A stretch of DNA of 38,737 nucleotides from positions 1-38,737 of the IMG/VR virus record IMGVR_UViG_3300025502_000062; one strand, written 5' to 3'. A model generated the notes under the pieces. It worked only from the letters and a program-made list of their open reading frames with translations. It was not told the DNA's origin and ran no database searches. The position numbers were made by a program, and so were the translations under genes. How positions within the stretch are numbered: position 1 is the stretch's first letter; each line of letters opens with the position of its first letter. Below, piece by piece: positions 24,344 to 33,210 of this stretch. Source of the stretch: a virus (taxonomy: Duplodnaviria; Caudoviricetes).

Positions 24344-26572
24344 ATGGGTAGTGTAGCCGATAAATATAGAGCGCAGCTAAATGGCAACGCTATGCCTGCT
24401 ACCGCACCCAAAACCGGAAGCGTGGCTGAAAAGTACCGCAATCAGTTAACCGCGTTACAGCGCCAGCCTGCACCCGAAGCACCCCCCCAAAAGCCTGAAA
24501 TGTCTTTAGGGGGTAAGCTGTTGGGAGGTGTAAACGCGGTGGGACAAGGCATGTCACTTAATTTAGCAGACGAAGCCGGCAGCGCTTTAGCCGCTGGCGC
24601 TGTTAAAGTGGGTGATTTTTTCACGGGCAACGAGAACAGCGAAGATTTCACCGATATTTACTCATCCATGATGGGAGGCGCTAAACGAGATCGCAATGAA
24701 TTTTCCGAGGAAATGCCCTTAACGTCCATGGGGCTAGAGATAGCGGGGGGCTTTGCCACAGGTGGCGTGGGTGCGTCTAAAGTTTTAGGGTTAAAAGGCC
24801 TACAAACTGCTAGCCGACTAAAAAAAGCTATTGCAGCAGCCGACGGGGGCGTTGCAGGCGCTACGCAAGCTATTAAAGGCGCCAGTAAGTTAAAAAGAGC
24901 TATGGCGGTTATTGGCGCTGGCGCTGCCGAGGGCGGGATAGCCGGTTTTGGAAGTGGTGACACCTTAGAAGAAAGAGCTAAAGGCGCAGGTTTCGGAGCC
25001 TCACTAGGCGCAGGGTTTTCCGCCGTGCCCCAGCTTGCCAAAGCGGGCATGGACGTAGCAACTGCTCGTAAAGTAGCCCAATCTTTAGACGTAGGCGACG
25101 ATTTTATACCTTTAAACGTGGCGGATTCAGGGCCGATAGGCAACTTTTACCGCGATATAATAGGCGGGTCTTTTGGCGGCAGACAAAAACTAATTGACCA
25201 AACCTCCCCCCATATTGCTAAGGCGATGAACAGGTCTGCGCGGGCGGCACAAAAACTAGACTCAGCAAAAAATAACCACGCGTACACAGTAAACAGGGCA
25301 AAAACCCAAGTTAACAACCGATTTGCGGGGGAGACTTCCAACGCCCAACGCTTAAAAGATGGGGCCATAGCCCAAGCGGATTTAGCGGCCTCAGAGAGCG
25401 TTACGCAGGCAGGGGCAAAAGCCTCTAGCGGTTTGGCACAAGCGCGGGCAGCTATGAACGCTAAACTTGTGAACAATGCTATCCCTGACAGCATACCGCC
25501 TAAAATAGCAAAGGCTATCAGAAACGCCTCGCCTGACGAAGCAAACGAACTAGTAAAATCCGCGTGGAAAAAGCACGGGTTTAAATCTTTGGTGGGTAAA
25601 AAATACGCGCTGAACGCTGAACAAGTGAAAGCCCAATTTAAAAAAACTATTGGCAAAGACCCCGCGATGCTAGAAGCTAGCGGGGGTATAAACTCAATGG
25701 TAGACGACATATTTGAGCTACACGGCACAAAAACAGGCAGTATAAGTGGCAAAGCCATTATGCAACTTCGCAACTCCATGCGAGCCAAAAAAGGCGCGGA
25801 GGGCATGGCGTCCTTAGTCCCTACAGCTTACGGAAAAATGGCTGATGACCTAGACGCGATACTTCGCAAAGGTATGGACCCGACAGAAATAAAAGCGTTA
25901 GATAACGATCTAGCTAAATGGGCCGGCAAAGTAAGTTTAAACAAAGCAGTCAAAAACGCCAGAGGAAAAAGGCAAGGCATCCCTAATGAAACTGACGTTA
26001 TAAGCGCCGCCCGTTATTCTAAAGGCGGGAACTATGGAAAAGGAAAAGGCTCCGCGCAGCAAGAAGCCGAAGCCGTGCAGCTGTTAACCGAAAGCAATAA
26101 GGTAGACTTAGCCACCGCCACTAGCAACGCAAATGCGGGGCTAACTAAGGCAAAAGCCGCAGCTGCAGACGCTTTTACCAATACACAAAATGGCATAAAA
26201 GCTAGGAATAGTATTTTGAGTAAAGGGCAGGAACGGGTGGGCAGTCTTAAAGTGGCTGAGGCCGCTCGGGTGGCTAAACGTAAAGCGGGCAAGGAATCCA
26301 GACTAAGAGGCCTAGCGCCAAACGATAATGTTAGCACTTTTGAACAATTGTTTAAAACTGGCCTAGTCGGAGCAGGCTACGGGCTAGGCAACTTAGTTTC
26401 TGGTACTTTAACTTCCAGAAAGTTAGCCTCCCCAACCGCTCAAAGGTTTATAGCTGGGCAGACAAAAGGGCAGGAAACATTAGCCAAAATGTTGCGCAAA
26501 TATGGTGGCAGCATAGACGTGTTAAGCGCGGGCGCTGGCGGTGCTGCGGGCACTCAATCAGATGAATTTTAA
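24344..26572 (+). CDS. Large DNA-transfer / ejection protein (742 aa)
   Basis: Ala/Gly-rich hydrophobic segments, GQGMSLNLADE motif, basic helical C-terminal half. Confidence 0.7.
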   Translation: MGSVADKYRAQLNGNAMPATAPKTGSVAEKYRNQLTALQRQPAPEAPPQKPEMSLGGKLLGGVNAVGQGMSLNLADEAGSALAAGAVKVGDFFTGNENSEDFTDIYSSMMGGAKRDRNEFSEEMPLTSMGLEIAGGFATGGVGASKVLGLKGLQTASRLKKAIAAADGGVAGATQAIKGASKLKRAMAVIGAGAAEGGIAGFGSGDTLEERAKGAGFGASLGAGFSAVPQLAKAGMDVATARKVAQSLDVGDDFIPLNVADSGPIGNFYRDIIGGSFGGRQKLIDQTSPHIAKAMNRSARAAQKLDSAKNNHAYTVNRAKTQVNNRFAGETSNAQRLKDGAIAQADLAASESVTQAGAKASSGLAQARAAMNAKLVNNAIPDSIPPKIAKAIRNASPDEANELVKSAWKKHGFKSLVGKKYALNAEQVKAQFKKTIGKDPAMLEASGGINSMVDDIFELHGTKTGSISGKAIMQLRNSMRAKKGAEGMASLVPTAYGKMADDLDAILRKGMDPTEIKALDNDLAKWAGKVSLNKAVKNARGKRQGIPNETDVISAARYSKGGNYGKGKGSAQQEAEAVQLLTESNKVDLATATSNANAGLTKAKAAAADAFTNTQNGIKARNSILSKGQERVGSLKVAEAARVAKRKAGKESRLRGLAPNDNVSTFEQLFKTGLVGAGYGLGNLVSGTLTSRKLASPTAQRFIAGQTKGQETLAKMLRKYGGSIDVLSAGAGGAAGTQSDEF

Positions 26573-26583
26573 AGGGTAAAGAC

Positions 26584-27378
26584 ATGTCACGTAATGCATC
26601 AGGCACTTATTCACTAGTTTCGGGCAACCCCGTAGTCACCGGCACGGTCATCGCGTCGGCATGGGCTAATACCACCATGGCGGACATTTCAACCGAGCTT
26701 ACCGACAGCCTTTCACGCTCTGGTAAGGGCGGCATGTTAGCCCCTTTAAAGGTAGCTAATGGTGCAGTAGGTGCACCTACCATGTCGTTTACCAATTTCC
26801 CCGCGTCGGGTTTATACATGGCGGGGGCGGGTGACGTTCGCATGGCCATCACGGGCGTTGATCGCATGCGTTGGCTGGCTTCCGGTAGTGCACCTCAGAT
26901 ATGGAATGTAGCAGGCGCTGCATGGTCGGATATCGGCAGCACTTTGACCATAACTGATGAAGCTACAGACACCACATGTTTTCCTATGTTTGCTATTTCA
27001 GCCACAGGGGCTGTGGAGGCCAAAAGTAACGCAAGTTTTACTTTCAATTCAGACACCGAAACGCTGGGTGTTTCAAAGCTAAACATCGGGTCTGTAGTGT
27101 CCGGCATATACGCCGGCAGAGTTAATGCCAACGGCGACACGGTTAGCGGGAACTCAGGTTTTACAGTCTCGTACAACCTCTACCCTCCTTACTACCAAGT
27201 AACCCATAACTTAAGCAACGCAAATTATACAATAGTGGCCTGTAAAGAAGGCACTACTGCTAACGAGTATGTCGTGTACGTGTACCAAACTATCAACAAC
27301 ACTTTTAGAGTGGCCATGACCAACTTGATTGGCGGTGATGTTAAAGATGAATGGAGCTTTATATTAATACAGGACTAG
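26584..27378 (+). CDS. Short tail fibre / receptor-binding protein
   Basis: MSRNASGTYSL..NPVV.GT.I..AWAN attachment-type N-terminus; beta-rich C-terminus; last late gene. Confidence 0.75.
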   Translation: MSRNASGTYSLVSGNPVVTGTVIASAWANTTMADISTELTDSLSRSGKGGMLAPLKVANGAVGAPTMSFTNFPASGLYMAGAGDVRMAITGVDRMRWLASGSAPQIWNVAGAAWSDIGSTLTITDEATDTTCFPMFAISATGAVEAKSNASFTFNSDTETLGVSKLNIGSVVSGIYAGRVNANGDTVSGNSGFTVSYNLYPPYYQVTHNLSNANYTIVACKEGTTANEYVVYVYQTINNTFRVAMTNLIGGDVKDEWSFILIQD

Positions 27379-27482
27379 TTTTTAGGTGCTGCAGACTTCA
27401 CGCACTTGTCAAACAATTCATTTTCATGGGCCATGTTGTCCACGTGACTAGTGCCCATGGTATGAAGAAGGTAATGCAACAT
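27375..27482 (-). CDS. Possible 35-aa peptide (MLHYLLHTMG...APKN)
   Basis: TAATG-coupled to the upstream gene and fills the convergent gap; no other support. Confidence 0.3.
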   Translation of the reverse strand: MLHYLLHTMGTSHVDNMAHENELFDKCVKSAAPKN

Positions 27483-27853
27483 TACCCGCTAGAATCTCTC
27501 ATCATTTTTTCCAGCACCGCTAAAGCATTCCACGCTAAATGGGCTTGATGTTCTATTTTAGTTTCAGGGTCTAGAACCTCACCTGTCTGTAATTTTAACC
27601 AGTGCCGCACCATGGCGTCATCGTAGCGTTCCTTTCCGTTAGCCACGTCCAGCCAACCGTTATCAGTATATTTATTAGCCCCAAAGGTGCCCACCTCGCA
27701 CACTTTTGTCAGTGCGCGGGTGAAAGATCCTAAAACAAGAGACGGGCGTATTTTCCCTTCATCCATTTTAGCGCCTGACACGTGCTGAGGTAGTCCGTTA
27801 GGGTCTGTCTCTATTTTGCCAATAGTAGGCTCTATACGTTCAAAAGTAGACAA
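27482..27853 (-). CDS. dATP/dGTP diphosphohydrolase domain protein (DUF5664-type)
   Basis: GAKMDEGKIR..FGANKY..W..RYDDAMVRH..GEVLDPE..HQAHLAWNAL. Confidence 0.88.
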   Translation of the reverse strand: MSTFERIEPTIGKIETDPNGLPQHVSGAKMDEGKIRPSLVLGSFTRALTKVCEVGTFGANKYTDNGWLDVANGKERYDDAMVRHWLKLQTGEVLDPETKIEHQAHLAWNALAVLEKMMRDSSG

Positions 27854-28499
27854 GTATGCCTCCGTCCACGTGTATACCGTGGCCTTGTAAAGTTATGCGT
27901 TCTTCACCCTCGGGCATTGGCCCAAGGCTTGCTATTCTGTGCGGTGTCATTCCGTCGTGGATATACACCTTGCCCAGTTCGTAGGGCTCAAAAGTAGGTT
28001 TGGGCAGCTTGCCCCGAGCGTTGAAATCTTCCACTTGTTTGCCAGTGAAACGCCACCAAAAATCAGCCCCCGCGCCAGCACTGGGCATTTTCACCGGCAG
28101 AGTGAAGCTGAAAGGTTTGCTCCATTCTAGGTTACTAAGGTTTACACGTGTAAACGGCTCGTCTATGTGTGGGTGCCCTGAGTGGCCGTTCGATGTGTGG
28201 TCAAAAACATGGAAACTAGGCAGTCCCAACCCCCAATCACCGTAACCTATTTTGACCTTGAAATGCCCTTCTAGCACTTTGTTTACTCTGCCGTACATAA
28301 CACTGAAAGCCTCCCAAAGTATGCGGTTAAAAGCGTTCGCAATAGCGGGGTATGCTTTAGGGTCGTCTTGATAAGCGGTGGCTCCCAGCGTCCAGAAATG
28401 CCCCCTGTCTATCAAAAACGGGTCGAGTTTCAACACTTCCTCGGCAATGCTGGCGCATTCCTCGGGCGTGAATACTTCAAGTGTGGTTAAATCTCTCAT
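27840..28499 (-). CDS. 2OG-Fe(II) oxygenase superfamily protein
   Basis: HID (HxD), distal H in PHRI, R in ERITLQ; VFTPEEC N-terminus as in prolyl-hydroxylase-like enzymes. Confidence 0.8.
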   Translation of the reverse strand: MRDLTTLEVFTPEECASIAEEVLKLDPFLIDRGHFWTLGATAYQDDPKAYPAIANAFNRILWEAFSVMYGRVNKVLEGHFKVKIGYGDWGLGLPSFHVFDHTSNGHSGHPHIDEPFTRVNLSNLEWSKPFSFTLPVKMPSAGAGADFWWRFTGKQVEDFNARGKLPKPTFEPYELGKVYIHDGMTPHRIASLGPMPEGEERITLQGHGIHVDGGILVYF

Positions 28500-28523
28500 C
28501 TTTATTTTTCCTGTCGTAGTGGT

Positions 28524-31025
28524 TTAAATTCGGTCATCTTCTCGTAATGCGTTCGATATTTGCTCGGCCATGCCCTCGGTGTCCAGAGTTCTAGCCGCGT
28601 AATAGGTGTTAAGCAGGTCGTGGGCTTTTTTAGAGGTGAGCGCGACGTGTTTAGCGTCAACACCCACGTAACGGTTCAGCAGCCGTGGCCTGACACAAGC
28701 GCCTTTGGCCCCGTCCCACACAGTCCGCCCGTTCAAATCATAGCCGGTACTGGCGTCATTAACTGCTCGTTTTACATACTTGACATTAGTATCGATATCA
28801 AAATGTAAAGGCCCAGCAATCAAAGGGTTATTGAACACCTTGAACACCTCCGACGCGTTGATATACGGGTCAGGCCAAATTTCCATCAACTTCATAACCG
28901 CGAAATCCATGTCAGACAGTGAAGCGCTGGCCATGTCTTTCTTGGCTTGGGTCGAGGGTGGCGGGGCGGTCAAATTCTCAATACTGACTTTCCTAGTCTG
29001 CAGCCAGCGGTAAACAGAACGAGCCCATGAAGGCATACCGTCGTCATCGTACTGGCCTAGCCAATCGTTTAGCGCAGTGAACACCGCAGGAGGTGCAGGG
29101 TTCATGGCGTTGTTCATCACATAAAAACGCCGGTCCTCGGCTGGGATTGCTAACGCGTTTACATGGTTCGTAAGGAATAGATAGCTACTGTGCGCCATCA
29201 CCTCGCGCTTAATACCAAACTTGGGGTTTATGGTGATTCCTCGACTTCTAGGGTCAACCAGTGTTTTGAGTTTTTCATAGTTGTTAAAAAATTTAGACGC
29301 GTCGCCGGACAATGTTTCTTCCGAGACGATAAAAGGTTTTTCCTGCCATTCATTAAAGTCACTGTCACCCACCATGTCCTTAAAAGGCACGTCGGCCACA
29401 TTAGTAGCACCCAGTAAAGTCTTAATCATGTCGGCCAATGTTGACCGCCCGACACCTTGCTGCTTGGCCACCATGACGATTGCCGCGCCTCTAAAACTCA
29501 TGTCCTGACACTTGGCAGCTATCCACGACAAGAAGTATTCGCGGTCGTACTCTTCCGGTATCAAATAGTCTAGGTATTGTGTAAACGTGTCCACATGCCT
29601 TTGATCAATAGGTCCATACCCCCATTCTGGGATAGTGAACAGATTAACGAAATTCTCCCCTTTTCTGGTGACTAAACGGGCGGTTGTGCTTGGGTCGTAT
29701 GTCGTGCCGGCCACTACCACGCGAGAAGGTGACACCGCCCATAGGGCCGTCATGCCTATTAATTTTTGCTTACCGTCAACCATTTGCACCATAGCTTTAT
29801 GTGGGTGCAACACGCCAAAACTAGTCATTACTATTTTCATGTCCCGCAGGTCACTCTTAATATCCCACACAGAATTTTGGGTTTTGTCGAAAACATAGCG
29901 GGTGGTGAGTGCCGCCGAAGGGTCAAAAGCACCGGCCTGAATTCCGCTAGCTGCAGCGATGTATTTTAAAAATTCGGTCGTGGTGTTGACATCTTTACAG
30001 TGCCCGTGGTGGCAGAAAAACACGCGCTGATCAACATTATCGCCACGGCCTAAAGGCTTGTATCTGGCTTCTTGCTTTCCGGTCGTGTGGCCTTCATGCC
30101 ATGGGCATAAAATGTCTATCCACTCGCCCCCGTTATCGTTCGCCACGTAACCCTCATCATAAAGCCATTCAAGCACAGGGTCGATATACCCGTTCATAGC
30201 TTGGGCTTTAGGGGCCACACTAGCCCACGGCGTAGTGCCTAGAGATTTTGACGCTCGGGCTTTAGTAACCGAATCGGCATCAATCAGAACGTCGCCCCAG
30301 TTAACATGAATTTGCAGGGCGTCTAGTATTTCTTGTGGGGAGTACGTGGTCTCGGTCAGGCTGGTTAATTCACTAACGAACGGGCCTTTGTCGCCCTTCT
30401 TGCCGTTTACACCCTCCGGCAACCTGACCAGTTTAACCGGCGTCTTGCCGCCTTCGTCTGAATATCCAGACTCGTAAACTAGCTGAATAAGCGCCTCGGC
30501 TGCTTCCAAAGTGTCTACAGGCTCGTCCAGAATGTACCCGAACTGATAATTTCCTTTACTGCTTTCAATAACGTAAGAGGGCACGAAATCAGCGGGTATT
30601 TTATCAAGCGGTATTTTTGTCCCTATGTCGTCCAGAACTACGACGCGTAAGGAGTTAAACAGTTTTTTGCGGTGGTACAACTTGCCGTCGTCATCGCGTT
30701 TACACGTAGCGGTCGCGAAATACAGGGCCATGGGGTTCTTGGTTATGGCCAAGTATTCGAGCAATTTATGCTCGGTCAGCGGGTAAGCGGGCGAACGGGT
30801 AGGTTTTACTTTCCACGTCAGCACGTGTTCGTCATCATCCAGACCGGCATGGAAAACCGCGTCTAAAAAAGACTCTATTTTGGGGAGGTCATATTCTCTG
30901 GGCGGGATATTAGAAAACTTCAAACCCCCACCAACCTCTGGGAGTGGGCCGTCGGCTTTAACTGCGGCGATTAAATCACTGATCAATGGTTCTTGCTTTT
31001 CAGTTGTACTGCCTGTATCTTTCAT
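28524..31025 (-). CDS. Primase-helicase (RepB-like primase, zinc finger, DUF5906-type helicase)
   Basis: VVLDDIG and IESSKGNYQFGY primase motifs; CPWHEGH..CHHGHC; QGVGRST, VSEE, LTNH, DRRF helicase motifs. Confidence 0.88.
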   Translation of the reverse strand: MKDTGSTTEKQEPLISDLIAAVKADGPLPEVGGGLKFSNIPPREYDLPKIESFLDAVFHAGLDDDEHVLTWKVKPTRSPAYPLTEHKLLEYLAITKNPMALYFATATCKRDDDGKLYHRKKLFNSLRVVVLDDIGTKIPLDKIPADFVPSYVIESSKGNYQFGYILDEPVDTLEAAEALIQLVYESGYSDEGGKTPVKLVRLPEGVNGKKGDKGPFVSELTSLTETTYSPQEILDALQIHVNWGDVLIDADSVTKARASKSLGTTPWASVAPKAQAMNGYIDPVLEWLYDEGYVANDNGGEWIDILCPWHEGHTTGKQEARYKPLGRGDNVDQRVFFCHHGHCKDVNTTTEFLKYIAAASGIQAGAFDPSAALTTRYVFDKTQNSVWDIKSDLRDMKIVMTSFGVLHPHKAMVQMVDGKQKLIGMTALWAVSPSRVVVAGTTYDPSTTARLVTRKGENFVNLFTIPEWGYGPIDQRHVDTFTQYLDYLIPEEYDREYFLSWIAAKCQDMSFRGAAIVMVAKQQGVGRSTLADMIKTLLGATNVADVPFKDMVGDSDFNEWQEKPFIVSEETLSGDASKFFNNYEKLKTLVDPRSRGITINPKFGIKREVMAHSSYLFLTNHVNALAIPAEDRRFYVMNNAMNPAPPAVFTALNDWLGQYDDDGMPSWARSVYRWLQTRKVSIENLTAPPPSTQAKKDMASASLSDMDFAVMKLMEIWPDPYINASEVFKVFNNPLIAGPLHFDIDTNVKYVKRAVNDASTGYDLNGRTVWDGAKGACVRPRLLNRYVGVDAKHVALTSKKAHDLLNTYYAARTLDTEGMAEQISNALREDDRI
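30993..31021 (+). promoter_or_regulatory. Antisense sigma70-type promoter inside the 5' end of the primase gene
   Basis: TTGCTT (30993-30998) N17 TATCTT (31016-31021). Confidence 0.55.
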
Positions 31026-31060
31026 TTTAGCTGCTCTTTGTTGAGTGGTAGCGGTCTCAT
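31022..31060 (-). CDS. 12-aa leader peptide MRPLPLNKEQLK coupled to primase-helicase
   Basis: Preceded by CCAACCAAGGA RBS like other genes here; TGA overlaps primase ATG (ATGA). Confidence 0.6.
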   Translation of the reverse strand: MRPLPLNKEQLK

Positions 31061-31117
31061 TCTCCGCTTTCCTTGGTTGGCTTTTAAGCCCTGATGTTTA
31101 CGCATTGGGGCTTTTTT
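31028..31117 (+). ncRNA. Predicted ~90-nt counter-transcribed antisense RNA
   Basis: Bounded by predicted promoter and plus-strand terminator; internal stem-loop AGCGG-TCTCATTCT-CCGCT. Confidence 0.55.
31086..31117 (+). terminator. Intrinsic terminator oriented against the replication operon
   Basis: AAGCCCTGATG-TTTACG-CATTGGGGCTT then TTTT; two G:U pairs form only on the plus strand. Confidence 0.7.
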
Positions 31118-31211
31118 GTGCGTGTACTTTATCATCTACTTGTCTCATTTTATTTTCACTTTTAGGTTCTTCTGGCTTCCACCAATATCTATCTTTTATT
31201 TGACTATACAT
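31098..31211 (-). CDS. Possible 37-aa peptide (MYSQIKDRYW...SPNA)
   Basis: ATG 1 bp after polymerase stop; no homology evidence. Confidence 0.35.
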   Translation of the reverse strand: MYSQIKDRYWWKPEEPKSENKMRQVDDKVHAQKSPNA

Positions 31212-31212
31212 T

Positions 31213-33210
31213 TTATTTCCCGTATATCGCCATTACTGCTGGTTCGGCTTTCAAGGGGAGGCCCGCAGCCCACTCGGGCGCGAGCTCCATGTAGTCCTGA
31301 CATTCAATAACGTACTGTTCAACTTCTGAATCATGCACTTCCAAAATAATCTCATCGTGTACATGGCCTACTACTGGAAAATCGTCATCCACCATATCAC
31401 CTAGGCACTCTCTCAGCAAACAGGCTGCGGTCGCTTGGGTAACATTTTCCGCTAAAAAACCGCCCCACAAGCTCATTCTAGGCCATTCATCTTCACTGTC
31501 GGCCTTTGGCCGTACTGAGGCTTTCATAGCTGTCACACCTCCTTTTTCTATGCGAGCGTAAGGGTACTGAATGACCGTCTGGTTCGGCAGAATGCACATA
31601 AGCGTGCCGCCCAAAATATCAGGAATATAAATATACTTGACACGGCCGGCAGTGAAAATAGCCCGAGGACTTCTGACCGCGTTTACACTTGCGTTCTCAA
31701 GCTGTTTCCAGAATTTCCGCGCCCATGGACTGGCAGCACGCCACCGATCAACAATGCCCTGCACCTGACTGTTAGGCAGATTTAGCCCGTAGTTTTTGGC
31801 CATGGCTTGGAAAGCTCCGACCGCACCGCCAAAGCCTAGAGATAAAGTGGCTACTTTTCCTATCTGTCGGTCTTCTTCTTTCAGGCCCATACTGAGGGCG
31901 GTCACAATATAGATATCGACGTTCTTGCGAAAAATGTCTAACACCTTTTCACCGCCGGCACTGTCAGTTAGCCATGGCAGCACCATTGCCTCTATTGCTG
32001 ACCAATCTCCCACCACAAATTTGTGGCCTTTGGCCGGTATCAATGCAGGTCGTAGCAGCCGCCCTAAAGTCTCCATCACTGGGAGCCCTGAGTACTCGGC
32101 TATATCGCAGTTGTGGCGCATTAGGGCTTTTAAATCTTCTGTTTGTTGGGCGTTGAAACAGTCACGTTTAAAATTGTGAACCTGCAACCCTTTTGATGAA
32201 TAGCGTGTTGTCTGTCCGGCACCGGCAAATATGAACGCACCGTGTACACGCCCTGAATCTGGGTCGGCTCTTAATAGCATCGACGTAAATTTCGACACAC
32301 TACTGTTCCCGCCTTGGTCGATCAACTCAATCACCTCGCGGAAATTGCCTTCCAGTTCTTCACATTCTAACAGTTGACCGCGAGCCGCTTTATCTAGCGT
32401 GTGTTTAACTTCCCCCTCGGCGTTAGGCGCCTTGGTTATGCATCTTTTTAGCTCTGGCACCTCGGCAAAAACAGGGATTAGAATTTTCAACAGTCGTGCG
32501 GTTTGAGTGACTTTAGTAATAGCGCCATCGGTCAGGGCGTCCAGTTGTCGGCCCAGTTCTTCTTTTTCCTGTTCGGCGTACTTCTGGGCCAGTGTCGCAA
32601 GCTCAAGGTCAATCAGTATGCCTCGGTCGTTTATGCGTTCACTTGTCTGCCAGTCGGCCTTGTCTTCATCTGACATGGGCCGCAGGTTGTTAGTCATACT
32701 GACCATGGCGCGGCTGTCAGTCATGCAATACTTGCCCATTTTCTTTATGAGCGCGGGGTCGTAATTAAACTCTCCGGTCTTTTTGTTTGGGATGCACAGC
32801 TTTTGAATAAGGGCCGTGCCGCTGTGGTCTTTCTTAAATTTGGCGTTGCTCGCTCGGGTGGCGGCATATAGGCTAGCAGGCAGAGCGTTTACACGACACT
32901 GGGCCGCAGTACACACCCATTTATTCGCGGGCAGTTCTGGAAAGCCATAATCACTAACCGCTATATATTCATAAATCAGCTGGTCAAAACGGGCGTTGTG
33001 CGCGTCTAGGGTCTCGGCTGTTTGTAAGGCTAGGGCTAGCAGGGCGGGCACTGGCTGGCCAGCGAACCATAACCATTCATCCCCATTGCTTTTGTTAATG
33101 AAAGAGCAACAGATTATATCTGTGCTGGGGTCACTGGCATAAACATCAGTTCCGCACTTCTTCAAGTCAACTCGGCTTCGAGTCTCGAAATCTAGGGCCA
33201 TGGCTATCAT
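31213..33210 (-). CDS. polA: Family A DNA polymerase (APSE-like) with 3'-5' exonuclease
   Basis: Exo motifs DFETRS, HNARFD, YCMTD; motif A DWSAIE, motif B RQIGKVATLSLGF, motif C HVHDE. Confidence 0.93.
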   Translation of the reverse strand: MIAMALDFETRSRVDLKKCGTDVYASDPSTDIICCSFINKSNGDEWLWFAGQPVPALLALALQTAETLDAHNARFDQLIYEYIAVSDYGFPELPANKWVCTAAQCRVNALPASLYAATRASNAKFKKDHSGTALIQKLCIPNKKTGEFNYDPALIKKMGKYCMTDSRAMVSMTNNLRPMSDEDKADWQTSERINDRGILIDLELATLAQKYAEQEKEELGRQLDALTDGAITKVTQTARLLKILIPVFAEVPELKRCITKAPNAEGEVKHTLDKAARGQLLECEELEGNFREVIELIDQGGNSSVSKFTSMLLRADPDSGRVHGAFIFAGAGQTTRYSSKGLQVHNFKRDCFNAQQTEDLKALMRHNCDIAEYSGLPVMETLGRLLRPALIPAKGHKFVVGDWSAIEAMVLPWLTDSAGGEKVLDIFRKNVDIYIVTALSMGLKEEDRQIGKVATLSLGFGGAVGAFQAMAKNYGLNLPNSQVQGIVDRWRAASPWARKFWKQLENASVNAVRSPRAIFTAGRVKYIYIPDILGGTLMCILPNQTVIQYPYARIEKGGVTAMKASVRPKADSEDEWPRMSLWGGFLAENVTQATAACLLRECLGDMVDDDFPVVGHVHDEIILEVHDSEVEQYVIECQDYMELAPEWAAGLPLKAEPAVMAIYGK

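Noticed and set aside
24442-26337. Long antisense ORFs (e.g. 25147-25806, 24658-25143) and similar shadows elsewhere
   Set aside because: Opposite-strand shadows of Ala/Gly-rich real genes, with no motifs or RBS
27482-33210. Diaminopurine (Z) genome system
   Set aside because: No PurZ-like adenylosuccinate synthetase or HD-domain DatZ recognised; the hydrolase alone is insufficient
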